From positions 1-64,000 of the IMG/VR virus record IMGVR_UViG_3300028800_000002: 64,000 bases of DNA. The stretch is one strand, 5' to 3'. The notes under the pieces were generated by a model that saw nothing but the letters and a program-made list of their open reading frames with translations, did no database searches and had not been told where the DNA came from. Numbering within the stretch: the first letter of the stretch is position 1; the number at the start of each line of letters is the position of its first letter. Below, in pieces: positions 42,152-52,059 of this stretch. The DNA comes from a virus. Position numbers and translations under genes: made by a program.

Positions 42152-45100
42152 ATGGCCGTTTTCGATTTGCAGGTGTTTTTACAAGAACGATTGCGCGCGT
42201 TTGACGAGAACATGGATGTCTCGTCAGGGTCCCCCGCGGACACGCAGGTAATCCAACCTATAATGAGGCGACTTGGGACTGACCCATTTACTGTAGATTC
42301 GGCCACGTTCATTACGTCGCGTTTGCAGCAAGCCTTCCCAGAAATGTCCACCGAAGAGGGGGACGCGCTCACAGACATGTTGGTGAAACCTAGTGTTCTG
42401 ATCCTTGATCCATTCGTACGGGAGGTATTCAGGATACGTAATGGCCAAAGCTTCAAGGATCCCACTATCCTTACAACGGATGAAGCAGATGCACTGGGGG
42501 CAAACCTCTTCAGCACTCGAGAGTTAGGGGATTTTGCTAGGGGCACCGGGCGCGTGTACTTTTCTCAGCCAAGGACAGTTTCGGTCACACCCGCCAACTT
42601 CTTCACTTCGAAGGGAGGCTTGCATTTCTTTCCTGACGGGAAGCAGGACATCACTGTGGAGGAGATGCTTCTCAATGTTGACGGAAGCCTTTACTACTTC
42701 GACATCAATGCCATCGCTGAGCAGGCTGGTACGTCGTACAACATCGATCCACGAGAACTTGTCAACATCGCCAATTTGGAGGGCACCGCGAAGGTCACGA
42801 ACCTTAGGCGCTTTGCATCTGGCAACTCGGCAGAGACCGCTGTGGAATTTGCTGGGCGTGCGCAGCAGGAGCTCACAGAGCGCTCCATGGTCACCTTGCG
42901 TGGCATAGGTGCTCAGATCCCTAAGGCATTTGCAGAGGTGACTCGCTTGGCCGTTGTGGGTTTTGGTGATCCGGAGATGCAGCGTGATGTCCTACGTGGC
43001 GGTGGCTTGGGTAATCTACTGGCTGGTGGGACTCTGGGCAAAACGGTTTTGGACGGCATCAACAAGGCTAACACCCGTCGATTTGCCGTGGATGACGTAG
43101 GCATTGACTTCACCGCACTGGTAGATTCCAACAACGCCAGCGCCTACGTGTTGACGGTCATGTTCGCGTTTGATGGTACGCCACTGATTCGTGATCTTCC
43201 TATTTTGAAGGTCATTGACTCGGTAACCTTGGATGTCGTTGATCAAGCATTTCTCCCTTACTACACGCAGCGCCCTTGGACTTTGAGAAAGCAAGAGCTG
43301 ACACTAAGTGGCATCCCAGGGGGTATTCTCTTCCCCGACACAGCGGCAGGTACCGTGTCCATCCCGGACAATGAAGTTCATGTTGGCGGGCATTACGACG
43401 TGTCGGTGCGCGGCAGCTCTTTTGACAGTTCCAGTCTAGTATTGGACAACATCACAGATGCTGATCCAGCAGCGGCTGGTGTCTCTTTGGTGTTTGTGTC
43501 GGATAGCGTAGTGCAGTTGAATGACTTGATTCTTGGGAATTCTCCGGGTGACAACTACGCTATAGGGGATGACACCTACTTGGCGTTGTACTACGCGCAG
43601 CAGTATGGGTACACTCTGCAAATTCTCGATGGAATTGCTGCAGGAGACTACCGAGTGACTGCACAAGTGCAGCTGTTTGGAGCTTCTCCCCAACTCACTA
43701 TTTCTCCAGCGGTTACCGACGCTGTGGCAGCTGCCGTATCAATACCCCCTGGGATTCCTGCTCGTTGGAGACTGGTGGATACGATTGATATTGATCTGAC
43801 AGAGCCTAAGGACACTAGGATTTCAGGTACTGACCTGCGGACGCTGCAGAACTCTGATACGGTTAGCACAGGGACAGCCGTCAATTTCGCAGCTTTGGGA
43901 GTTAGCGTCGGAGATACGCTGCGGGTGTTCGAGGGTCTCAGCAAGGGGGACTACAGTGTCAAGTCGTTTCCAACCTTCGACGCAATCAAGGTTGATCGCG
44001 CACTTGCTGCCACGGAACTCGGTATTGAGTACTCCATATTCAAGGCTAATACCGCGGGTGGTTTGCAGTTGCCCTTGATCCGTATAAGTCAGCTAGAGCT
44101 GTTGGACACCGCGGGGCAGCCAGTTGGCTCCATCATTCCGTACGCAAACCCAGTTGATATTCAAAGCCGTGCCTTTGAGAACCCTGGCCGTGGGGTGAAA
44201 AAAGATTTGCCGAATGCAACGCTAGGTCTTGTCTCGGTGCCCATAACTACTTTTGGGCTGCCGTTGGGACTGCAGACTTTGGTGATCTCATTTTCCGATA
44301 CGTCTACCTCGGTGATAGTGACGTTTGGTGGAACTTTTGGCTCGATGTTGTCTGCACAGCAAATAGTGGACTACATCAATGATCAGGCCGCCATTTCCAT
44401 TGGGGTGAATACGACGTTGGCAGTGCTTTTGCAGTACCAAGGGGATTACTATGTTGGGTTGGTTCCGCTCGATGTCAGTATGTACGTAGGACCTTGCTCA
44501 GCGCAGCCCATCTTGTTTGGTGGTGACGTGATGTATCGGGTTGGTGATGTTCGTGCGGATGGGATCATCTGGAACGACCCTACCTTGTCCATTTCATCGG
44601 ATAATCTTGACGTGGTGCAAGTACTTGATGGGGTACAGCCTGGTTTCTATGGGAACTTGAATCCGACGGACACAGTTTTAGTGTCATCTGGATCGGGGTT
44701 TGCCCCGGAGCTTGGGCGGCACATCAAAGTTGGATCCCGTTCTTTGGGCGGAGCTAGGTGCTACTTCTTGTCTCCAACAAGTATCGAATTTGGTGCTAAT
44801 TCCGTCTTCGAAGTGACGCTCTCTAGTGGGGCCATACTCAAGTACTTGCCGGATCCAACCTTGGGCGCTGTGCGGGTTCCTCCTTACCCAACAACCACAT
44901 ACCCAAGCGATGGCAGCGTAGCTGCGAGTTCCTACAGCTTTTATGCTTCCTACAATTTCGCTCAAGAGTCCACGATTCCTGGAGACATACTGACATTGCT
45001 CTATGTACCCATCGTTGGGACCACTTCTGTGGCTTCGATCATTGCGGGGTTGGTGGGGAAGTCACTTGTAGTATCTGTGGCTGGCAGCGCTGATCAGGTG

Positions 45101-46129
45101 ATCGTGTTTGGGCATGATAAGGCTAATAACGCGGACGATGTCCTGCGCGAGGAGTTGGTTGGTCAGATCAATACTGCAGTGGGCAAGCAGATCGCAAGCT
45201 TGTCGGCCACGAATTACCTCACCTTCATAGGAGACGTCAGCATTGTAGTTCGTGGCACAGGGACAGCCAACGGTCTTTTGGGTTACCCATTATCGGATTC
45301 ACCTAACAATTCCTTCAATGTGGGTGACAACGGGGTTTATACGATCACGTCTGTCAGCGACGGCGCCTTGCTGGTTACTCCTGCCTTTACCTATTCGGAG
45401 TCGAGCGTAAAGTACCAGATCAGTCGCCCGGGAACGCAGCGTTGTAGTTCCACGCAGATGAGTGCCAATACATCCGCAGCTGGTCTTTACTACTTTGACG
45501 TCGAGTTGGTGAGTGAAGGAACTGGCGATCAATACAACATCGACAGTAACGTGCAGCTACATGCCAGGGGATACCGCAGCGATGGGTACTACCTGACAAC
45601 CGAGGATTCGAATTTGACGTTCTCAGTTACAGAGCGTCCGCATTTGCACGTGTCTAGATCGATTCTTGAGGTGGGTGTTTCGGATAAGCCATCTAATGCA
45701 ACTCAGCTCAGCGGGCAAAACTTGGAGGTTACTTACGACAGGTCCACCCTCACATCAGATGTACAGAACTTTGTACTTGCTGAGACGGAGCGCGTGGTCT
45801 GCTCGAATCCCCTGTCTAGGCACTTAGTTCCACATTTGGTGCGATTCGATCTCGAATACGTAGGGGGCTCAAGCGCCGATATCGTCTCAAACGATATCAC
45901 CACCTACGTGCAGAAATTATTCCCATCAGACTTCCTAGAGGTTGGGGCACTTGTGAACATAGCCTACCAGCGAGGGGCCACCGGGGTTATGAACCCAATC
46001 GACCTGATAGCCATCGTGCACAATTACGACAGGACCGTTCAAGCGCAGCGGTCGCAGAATGCCCTCAATACTGGGAGATTGGCAGCCTTCATGGTTGACG
46101 TGATCAATGTGAATCGCCGTTCGAGTTGA
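42152..46129 (+). CDS. Baseplate J/gp6-like wedge protein (about 1325 aa)
   Basis: N-terminal GSPAD...RFASGNSAETAVEF...EVTRLAVVGFGDPEMQRD pattern; size and position. Confidence 0.7.
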   Translation: MAVFDLQVFLQERLRAFDENMDVSSGSPADTQVIQPIMRRLGTDPFTVDSATFITSRLQQAFPEMSTEEGDALTDMLVKPSVLILDPFVREVFRIRNGQSFKDPTILTTDEADALGANLFSTRELGDFARGTGRVYFSQPRTVSVTPANFFTSKGGLHFFPDGKQDITVEEMLLNVDGSLYYFDINAIAEQAGTSYNIDPRELVNIANLEGTAKVTNLRRFASGNSAETAVEFAGRAQQELTERSMVTLRGIGAQIPKAFAEVTRLAVVGFGDPEMQRDVLRGGGLGNLLAGGTLGKTVLDGINKANTRRFAVDDVGIDFTALVDSNNASAYVLTVMFAFDGTPLIRDLPILKVIDSVTLDVVDQAFLPYYTQRPWTLRKQELTLSGIPGGILFPDTAAGTVSIPDNEVHVGGHYDVSVRGSSFDSSSLVLDNITDADPAAAGVSLVFVSDSVVQLNDLILGNSPGDNYAIGDDTYLALYYAQQYGYTLQILDGIAAGDYRVTAQVQLFGASPQLTISPAVTDAVAAAVSIPPGIPARWRLVDTIDIDLTEPKDTRISGTDLRTLQNSDTVSTGTAVNFAALGVSVGDTLRVFEGLSKGDYSVKSFPTFDAIKVDRALAATELGIEYSIFKANTAGGLQLPLIRISQLELLDTAGQPVGSIIPYANPVDIQSRAFENPGRGVKKDLPNATLGLVSVPITTFGLPLGLQTLVISFSDTSTSVIVTFGGTFGSMLSAQQIVDYINDQAAISIGVNTTLAVLLQYQGDYYVGLVPLDVSMYVGPCSAQPILFGGDVMYRVGDVRADGIIWNDPTLSISSDNLDVVQVLDGVQPGFYGNLNPTDTVLVSSGSGFAPELGRHIKVGSRSLGGARCYFLSPTSIEFGANSVFEVTLSSGAILKYLPDPTLGAVRVPPYPTTTYPSDGSVAASSYSFYASYNFAQESTIPGDILTLLYVPIVGTTSVASIIAGLVGKSLVVSVAGSADQVIVFGHDKANNADDVLREELVGQINTAVGKQIASLSATNYLTFIGDVSIVVRGTGTANGLLGYPLSDSPNNSFNVGDNGVYTITSVSDGALLVTPAFTYSESSVKYQISRPGTQRCSSTQMSANTSAAGLYYFDVELVSEGTGDQYNIDSNVQLHARGYRSDGYYLTTEDSNLTFSVTERPHLHVSRSILEVGVSDKPSNATQLSGQNLEVTYDRSTLTSDVQNFVLAETERVVCSNPLSRHLVPHLVRFDLEYVGGSSADIVSNDITTYVQKLFPSDFLEVGALVNIAYQRGATGVMNPIDLIAIVHNYDRTVQAQRSQNALNTGRLAAFMVDVINVNRRSS

Positions 46130-46457
46130 TGATGGGTATGCTCCCATAGCGGGCGATGTTCGGGTCTCCCCGTTCTACGGTCATGCCATCGAATGGGTTC
46201 ATGGTGCGTCCGCAGGCGTGGCACTTCATCAAACTGCGAGGGATGAGCCAATTCTCGTCTGCAAATGCAAAGGTCGTTCCGCCGAATGACTTCTCCATGG
46301 TGGGCCCGCAGCCGTTCGGGCAATAGCGGTGCTGTCGGTAAAGAGCCTCTGCCTTCACGCTTTCTGGGGATAGGAGGTCTGGGATGCCTTCAATTGCCTT
46401 GAGAGCCACTGCAGGATCCAGTGGAATGAACGCGAGGGGTATGCCGTTGCCTGCCAT
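46104..46457 (-). CDS. Zinc-ribbon protein inserted in reverse orientation
   Basis: CPNGCG...CHACG; TACACT-N6-ATG. Confidence 0.7.
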   Translation of the reverse strand: MAGNGIPLAFIPLDPAVALKAIEGIPDLLSPESVKAEALYRQHRYCPNGCGPTMEKSFGGTTFAFADENWLIPRSLMKCHACGRTMNPFDGMTVERGDPNIARYGSIPIINSNGDSH

Positions 46458-46522
46458 GCTGCTAGTGTAATTGCGCTTTGGAAGTCGGCAATGCTGGCGT
46501 TTAGGTCGGTGTTCCAGTAGCC

Positions 46523-46537
46523 TGGTACAATCAATTT
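46523..46537 (+). promoter_or_regulatory. Extended -10 promoter, leaderless start
   Basis: TG-G-TACAAT-N6-ATG; no SD. Confidence 0.55.
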
Positions 46538-47443
46538 ATGTCAGCAACTGCATTGCTCAAATTCTCGCAGGGGTCCGTGGTTGGTGGTGCCGGTGAGGCT
46601 TTGATTGTCGGTTTGGGCACGTCGGTGAATTTGACAAATGCCGATAACTCCGACGTTCGGTCATGGCAGTTGGACCTTGTGTCCGTGGATCCCACGAGTG
46701 CTTTTTCTCCGTCAGCGCCTTACGCATACAACAACAACGGGAATGTTCCGTCATTGAGCATTACACCTGATGTGCGCGGGAGTTACCGGTGGGTATTGAA
46801 GGTATGGAATCTAGCGAACAGGCCGGGAGATCCCGTAGACGTCGACATCCGTAATTTCGCGGTTCCAGAGCTGAACGGCTTTATTGTACTTCCTCAGCAG
46901 TTATTCCCAATACCACTTCCTGATCCACGCTCAGGACTCCCAGGTGCGAAGCCCAACGAATTGAACTTCGGCAACCAGTTGAATGGATTTGCCGGTGATG
47001 GCAATAGCGATGGATTGATGAATCGTCTGATTCGTTCTGTGGATGGTAGCAGGGTTTGGCCTTTTCAGGTTGATACGACCACAGCGGGACCTCATGAGCT
47101 GTGCCGCGTAGATACTTCGAAGTGGCCGCAGAACTGTTACGTACGTGCAGTGTTTGACGTGATCGTTGATAACGCAGCTGGAAACAACGTTGGCTACTTC
47201 GACAGAACTAGCATCTACCGAAGGGTTGCCGGTTCGTTGACCCATTTGGCTACTGGCGAGCGTATTTTTGCGAATGTACCAGCGGATGACGGGGCCTTAT
47301 CGTTGAATACTTCGCACGTGATCAAAGCTACGGCGGACTCCGGCAGGTACATTGTGCTAACAGGGACACCAAGTGGCGCTACTTCCCCGGAGCTGGACCT
47401 AGTCTGGAAGGTCTCTGCTCAGTTCTACCTCTCCATCAGGTAA
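46538..47443 (+). CDS. Virion structural protein (Ig/PKD-like N-terminus)
   Basis: Beta-rich; SITPDVRGSYRWVLKV; lies in the baseplate cluster. Confidence 0.6.
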   Translation: MSATALLKFSQGSVVGGAGEALIVGLGTSVNLTNADNSDVRSWQLDLVSVDPTSAFSPSAPYAYNNNGNVPSLSITPDVRGSYRWVLKVWNLANRPGDPVDVDIRNFAVPELNGFIVLPQQLFPIPLPDPRSGLPGAKPNELNFGNQLNGFAGDGNSDGLMNRLIRSVDGSRVWPFQVDTTTAGPHELCRVDTSKWPQNCYVRAVFDVIVDNAAGNNVGYFDRTSIYRRVAGSLTHLATGERIFANVPADDGALSLNTSHVIKATADSGRYIVLTGTPSGATSPELDLVWKVSAQFYLSIR

Positions 47444-47476
47444 ATCCATGCCCGTACACAAGCTAATAGGTGCCGT

Positions 47477-50400
47477 ATGAGCGGCGGTTGGGGCTCTAAC
47501 TGGGGTCAGTACTGGGGAGGCTTTTTACTTCCTTCTAGCATTGTTCCGCCCACACCGGTCGCTTGCGCGCTGGAGTTCAATGTCTACTGCTTTTGCGAGT
47601 CGGACAACATGGGTGACATACTGACGGATTCCAATATCTCCGTCGTCAACCCAGCCCGCTTTCAGATCACTGACAATAACTACTTACATGTATCCAGCTC
47701 AGCGACTAACTCCAGCACTTCCGATGCTTTCTTGAATATCGACTACGCAGTACCTGCTACGCGTACGCAGCGCATCGACGCCATCTTCCATGACATACCG
47801 CCTAGTTTTTCAAGTATCACCACGTCCCACATTTACTTTGGGTCAGTGGATGAGACAGGCTTTGCTGCTGGATTGTTTATTTCGGCGACCGGATTGGCCT
47901 ACGCCGGAGGAGTAAACCTAGATAGTTCGCATGTTATTCACATTGGCGGGGCTTTTCAGATCATCCCTGGGACCGCTGGTTTGGTGCAGCCAGATGTACT
48001 TTACCGGTTTCAGATCGCGGTGGACGCTACGACAGCCACCGTCTACATTTTCATTGCTCAGCCGCCATCCCCCACGGAATATGACACGCCCCTAACTTTG
48101 GTCGCAATTCTTCCCGGGATAGCAAACGATGGTTTTGCCACGGATGGAGCTGCAGTAAGCGTCTGCGGTACGCAAGTGCATCCCTCTAGCGTTTACTTCA
48201 CGACGGTGTGCTTAGCCAATGGGTTGCTGCTGCAAGTCCCTCCCCCTATATCCAACGCCGGCAAAGACCAATCGTTGCGTACTTGTTCTATTGGGATGTT
48301 GGACGGTTCTTCTAGTTACGATCCGGAGGGAGGAACACTGGCGTTCAGCTGGCGTCTTGTAGATGCCCCTATTGGAAGCTCATTTGAGTTCGAAGGGTCT
48401 GATGGCTACACCGTTCCAGTGTCACCTCCCAATGGGTATACCGACAAATTCCATTCTTCCGAACTTGGTGCAGCCGCCGAGCTTGACCCGGTAGTCGTTG
48501 GCGACGTGCTTGTGTTTAGCATGCAGACGAGTCTTCCTGGGGTAACTCCCATTACGTACTTGGCCCCAGTCAGCGTACGAGAGACTGGAGTTGACGACTT
48601 AGGTTATTACGTGCAGCTCAATGACAATGTGCTTGTGGACTCATTAGTGGGGGCACATTTCAAGTTGTTGCGGCAACGGTTCTTGACTGGCGCCACCACC
48701 ATAAAGCCCACTTTTTATCCAGACATTCCTGGCCTTTACAAGTTCGACCTAGTGGTGTTCAACGGAAAGTACCTAAGCGAGACGTCGTATGTGGTCACCA
48801 ACGTTCTTGAGAGTCAGGTTCCCAAAGGGTGCACGCCCGACTTGAGTTTTGTCTGGCAGTACTTGAGCGACTTCTGGAAGCTCGTCGAGGATCGAGAGCG
48901 AATCCAGGTGTTTTGGGAAAGCATGGCCCAAGTGGTCGCTGCAGAGATGTTGACTCTTTGGCAGGTCGACTACTCGAAGAGTCTGCGTGATATTCAACGT
49001 ACGTTTCAACGCCGTTGGCTGCATTACGATTTGAGGCTTCCAGAGCCTGTACCTGACTTGACCGTAATTCGAGAATGCTTTGGGAGTGTCGATAGCTCCG
49101 TGGTCATATCAACCCCCATTGTTGGGGTGCACGGCACAGTGTTGGAAATTGTATCCCCTGCGCACGATCCAATTAGGATAGATTTCCCATTGGCGGATCC
49201 GTATTCAGCAACTGTCCTTCAGGGCATTTTACAGCGCAAGTTGCAGTGGGTGCACCCAGGCTACAACGTGTCGGTTGTTGACTCTGGGGTACTTCGGATC
49301 ACAGCATCAATCACATTTCAGGTTGGGACTGCTACGACGATTCCGTGCTTCACAATAGGCGACAGGAACCTTCCGATGTCAGGCACGCATGGAGTTCGTG
49401 TCGCTGCCCGGATATACTTGGTAGATCGTAGTCTTCAGGGGTTGGACATTCGTCTACATGACCTGCTTGCCATAGGTGGGGAAAGCTACAGGATTGTTCG
49501 TGTTATCGACGACAGCACCGACGTGCATAGGTTTCAGCGCATCATTGTAGAGTCCGATTTGCCTCTTCTTCCAGGCGTAGATTGGTCGTTACCGTCGCAC
49601 GTCACCAGCCGCCTCTTGGACTTCTACGACGGCCTGGTCACCGCCGGCGATACGGCCACTTTAGAACTGTTGGACGCAAACACCGACACTATGGCTCTGT
49701 TCGACGTGCCCGTTGTTGCTGCGTGCGCGGCGGAGGTCAATAAGCTTGCGGTGAACTTGGCATCGGTGGACTTGTACTTGTCCTCTACTGGATTCACAGC
49801 GAGGCTAGCCTACCTATTGCGAAGGACGAGGGTACCAGTAGGGAAACTTGTGGTCGATATCCCTTGCCTGCAGGAGTTCATCAGCGAGAAGTCCGATAGT
49901 GCCATCCTTAGGAGAAATGTCGATTACTACCTGGAGACGTTTCGTGGGCAGAACTCAGTCCGTTTTGTCGCCGGCAATGCAGGGGACGTAGGGGATGTTT
50001 GGGCTGGGAAAACTCCCCCGAGTCGAATGTGGGCCGAGGTCACTTACATAGACAACAGCCCAACTATTGAGGCTAACTTCGGCATACCTGCTCAGTTCAC
50101 GTTGGATCAGCTCGCTGAGTTGGACACCGATTTGGACTACTTGTCCGCCATCCAAGGCCTTTGGTATGCATACTTGAATGGCCCCACGATGTTCAACATG
50201 CGGGCAGGGGTGCAAATATTGCTGGGTCTTCCGTTTGCTGAGGAGCGCGGCATCATCGAGGAAATACAAGAGAGATTTTCAGTGGCCCAGGGCAGGATCC
50301 TTGTGCGAGATGTTGCCAACTCAGCTATTGTGCGCTCGTACACTTACCCAAGGACTTTGGATCTTGCAGTAAACCCAGCCACTGGTCTCCACTACGCGGT

Positions 50401-51397
50401 AGGGGACACCATCGCTCAACTGGCCCCCATGGTCTATGGATCTGATGTGATGGATTATGTAAAGAATCCCACTTGGTTTCAAGGTCTGTTGACGCAAGGA
50501 AACTTCCTTGAAGTGGAGAAGTTCCACAAGTTCATGGTCAGCGTGGATAGTTCAGTGTTTAGCCTCAGCTCTTTGATGTTCGTCATGAGTTTCATCATGC
50601 GAGTGAAGCCCACGTACACCCGCCCGATCTTCCTGGTCAAGAAGACGCAGGACATAGCCGATGTGAGCGTTACAGATGAGCTGGCATTCACGGGTCACTT
50701 GTACTTGAATGCTGGGCTTTGTGCGCCTAACTTCGGAGCGGTTCAGATGTTCGACGACTACAGCCCGGCGGCTTATGGCGTCAGGAACCAATTCGACGCG
50801 GATAGCGATCAGTCGACGCCACCCCCGATTTACCCGACTCCAGACTCCCACATCACTTGGGGATTTGACAAGATGTACTTGTGCCCCGTGGAAGAGGTTA
50901 CATTCTTGTGGTGTGTCAGCCATCCTGGTGGCGTCGTACCTTATGACGTCGGGTTCTCCTACGATGGTAAAGGGAATCGACCTTCCTACGTGTATACCGG
51001 AGTGTCAATCTCTGACGTGCCAATGTCCGGGTACCTTTTGTCTTCACAAGCTATCGCTAGTGCATCGAGCCCCATTACCTCGTTGCATCTGCGAATAGAG
51101 GGGGGCCTCTGGTTTGACTCAGGGGACTATAACCTTGTTGTTCTGGTGAACAGCGTCGATGTAGGTCATGTCGGGTTTGTAGTGGGTCCTGACGGGTATG
51201 TCGGCACAACAACCATTCCGGGTATTTCTGTCGCGCTAGGGGATACCATCGACGTGAGTATTATTCCAGGGAGCGGCTCCTCTGATAGAAGCCCGAATTG
51301 GGATTTTGTGAAGGTTACGCTGTACCAAGGTGAGGTTGTCTTTCAGTTTGACACTGGGTTACCCGCCGGTACGTACTGCTTTGAGAGAACGGCCTAG
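47477..51397 (+). CDS. Baseplate/tail protein with PKD(K319L)-like domain
   Basis: PISNAGKDQ...LDGSSSYDPEG..LAFSW...PIGS and PTFYPDIPGLYKFDLVV; 1306 aa. Confidence 0.65.
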   Translation: MSGGWGSNWGQYWGGFLLPSSIVPPTPVACALEFNVYCFCESDNMGDILTDSNISVVNPARFQITDNNYLHVSSSATNSSTSDAFLNIDYAVPATRTQRIDAIFHDIPPSFSSITTSHIYFGSVDETGFAAGLFISATGLAYAGGVNLDSSHVIHIGGAFQIIPGTAGLVQPDVLYRFQIAVDATTATVYIFIAQPPSPTEYDTPLTLVAILPGIANDGFATDGAAVSVCGTQVHPSSVYFTTVCLANGLLLQVPPPISNAGKDQSLRTCSIGMLDGSSSYDPEGGTLAFSWRLVDAPIGSSFEFEGSDGYTVPVSPPNGYTDKFHSSELGAAAELDPVVVGDVLVFSMQTSLPGVTPITYLAPVSVRETGVDDLGYYVQLNDNVLVDSLVGAHFKLLRQRFLTGATTIKPTFYPDIPGLYKFDLVVFNGKYLSETSYVVTNVLESQVPKGCTPDLSFVWQYLSDFWKLVEDRERIQVFWESMAQVVAAEMLTLWQVDYSKSLRDIQRTFQRRWLHYDLRLPEPVPDLTVIRECFGSVDSSVVISTPIVGVHGTVLEIVSPAHDPIRIDFPLADPYSATVLQGILQRKLQWVHPGYNVSVVDSGVLRITASITFQVGTATTIPCFTIGDRNLPMSGTHGVRVAARIYLVDRSLQGLDIRLHDLLAIGGESYRIVRVIDDSTDVHRFQRIIVESDLPLLPGVDWSLPSHVTSRLLDFYDGLVTAGDTATLELLDANTDTMALFDVPVVAACAAEVNKLAVNLASVDLYLSSTGFTARLAYLLRRTRVPVGKLVVDIPCLQEFISEKSDSAILRRNVDYYLETFRGQNSVRFVAGNAGDVGDVWAGKTPPSRMWAEVTYIDNSPTIEANFGIPAQFTLDQLAELDTDLDYLSAIQGLWYAYLNGPTMFNMRAGVQILLGLPFAEERGIIEEIQERFSVAQGRILVRDVANSAIVRSYTYPRTLDLAVNPATGLHYAVGDTIAQLAPMVYGSDVMDYVKNPTWFQGLLTQGNFLEVEKFHKFMVSVDSSVFSLSSLMFVMSFIMRVKPTYTRPIFLVKKTQDIADVSVTDELAFTGHLYLNAGLCAPNFGAVQMFDDYSPAAYGVRNQFDADSDQSTPPPIYPTPDSHITWGFDKMYLCPVEEVTFLWCVSHPGGVVPYDVGFSYDGKGNRPSYVYTGVSISDVPMSGYLLSSQAIASASSPITSLHLRIEGGLWFDSGDYNLVVLVNSVDVGHVGFVVGPDGYVGTTTIPGISVALGDTIDVSIIPGSGSSDRSPNWDFVKVTLYQGEVVFQFDTGLPAGTYCFERTA

Positions 51398-51425
51398 ATC
51401 ACGTGCTAGAATTGCTGGAAATACA

Positions 51426-52055
51426 ATGAGATTCATCGAGAAGATAGAGGTTCGAAGCAACCTGAGGCTAACGATGCGTGAGCGAGGCAAGATTCGCGCG
51501 CGTAGGGAAGGCCACAACATCTGGTTGAACTTGGGCAGAGAGTATTTAGCGAACCTGATTTCATTGTCTTCCTATGGTCCGGATGTTCCTCAAGAGGATC
51601 ACCGAATCAAGTATATGGGTCTCGGTATCGGAGGTTCGCGCCAGGTCGCTCCTGGAGTCGCAGATGTTGCCCCGATGTCTGTCGCCTACCCGGGAACGAA
51701 CCTGCAGACGGATACGGACCCTGAGACGCATACTCTCGAACGGCCCGTGCGCATTTCTGGAAGTACTACCGGTCCAACTGATCCGTATTCAGTTACGGAT
51801 GTTTGGCTAGGGACAGTACAAGCCCCTCCTGTGCACACTACACCAACTGAAACGACATTCATTCGGGTATTCACCCAAACGGAGGTGAGCTACCTGTCTT
51901 TCATTACGGTGCCACTGAGTGAGATCATGCTGTTCACTTCTGCAGCTAATCCCATAGGAAATCCCTCTAATACCGGCGTCGCCTACGACACGTTTGATAC
52001 TCTTTCCAAGACTGGTGATTTCGCACTTGAGTGCGAATGGACGATAAGGTTCTAA
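51426..52055 (+). CDS. Baseplate/tail-fibre attachment protein
   Basis: GHNIWLNLGREYLA..IKYMGLGIGG..LSEIMLFT..KTGDFALECEWTIRF; position in the cluster. Confidence 0.6.
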   Translation: MRFIEKIEVRSNLRLTMRERGKIRARREGHNIWLNLGREYLANLISLSSYGPDVPQEDHRIKYMGLGIGGSRQVAPGVADVAPMSVAYPGTNLQTDTDPETHTLERPVRISGSTTGPTDPYSVTDVWLGTVQAPPVHTTPTETTFIRVFTQTEVSYLSFITVPLSEIMLFTSAANPIGNPSNTGVAYDTFDTLSKTGDFALECEWTIRF

Positions 52056-52059
52056 GCGC

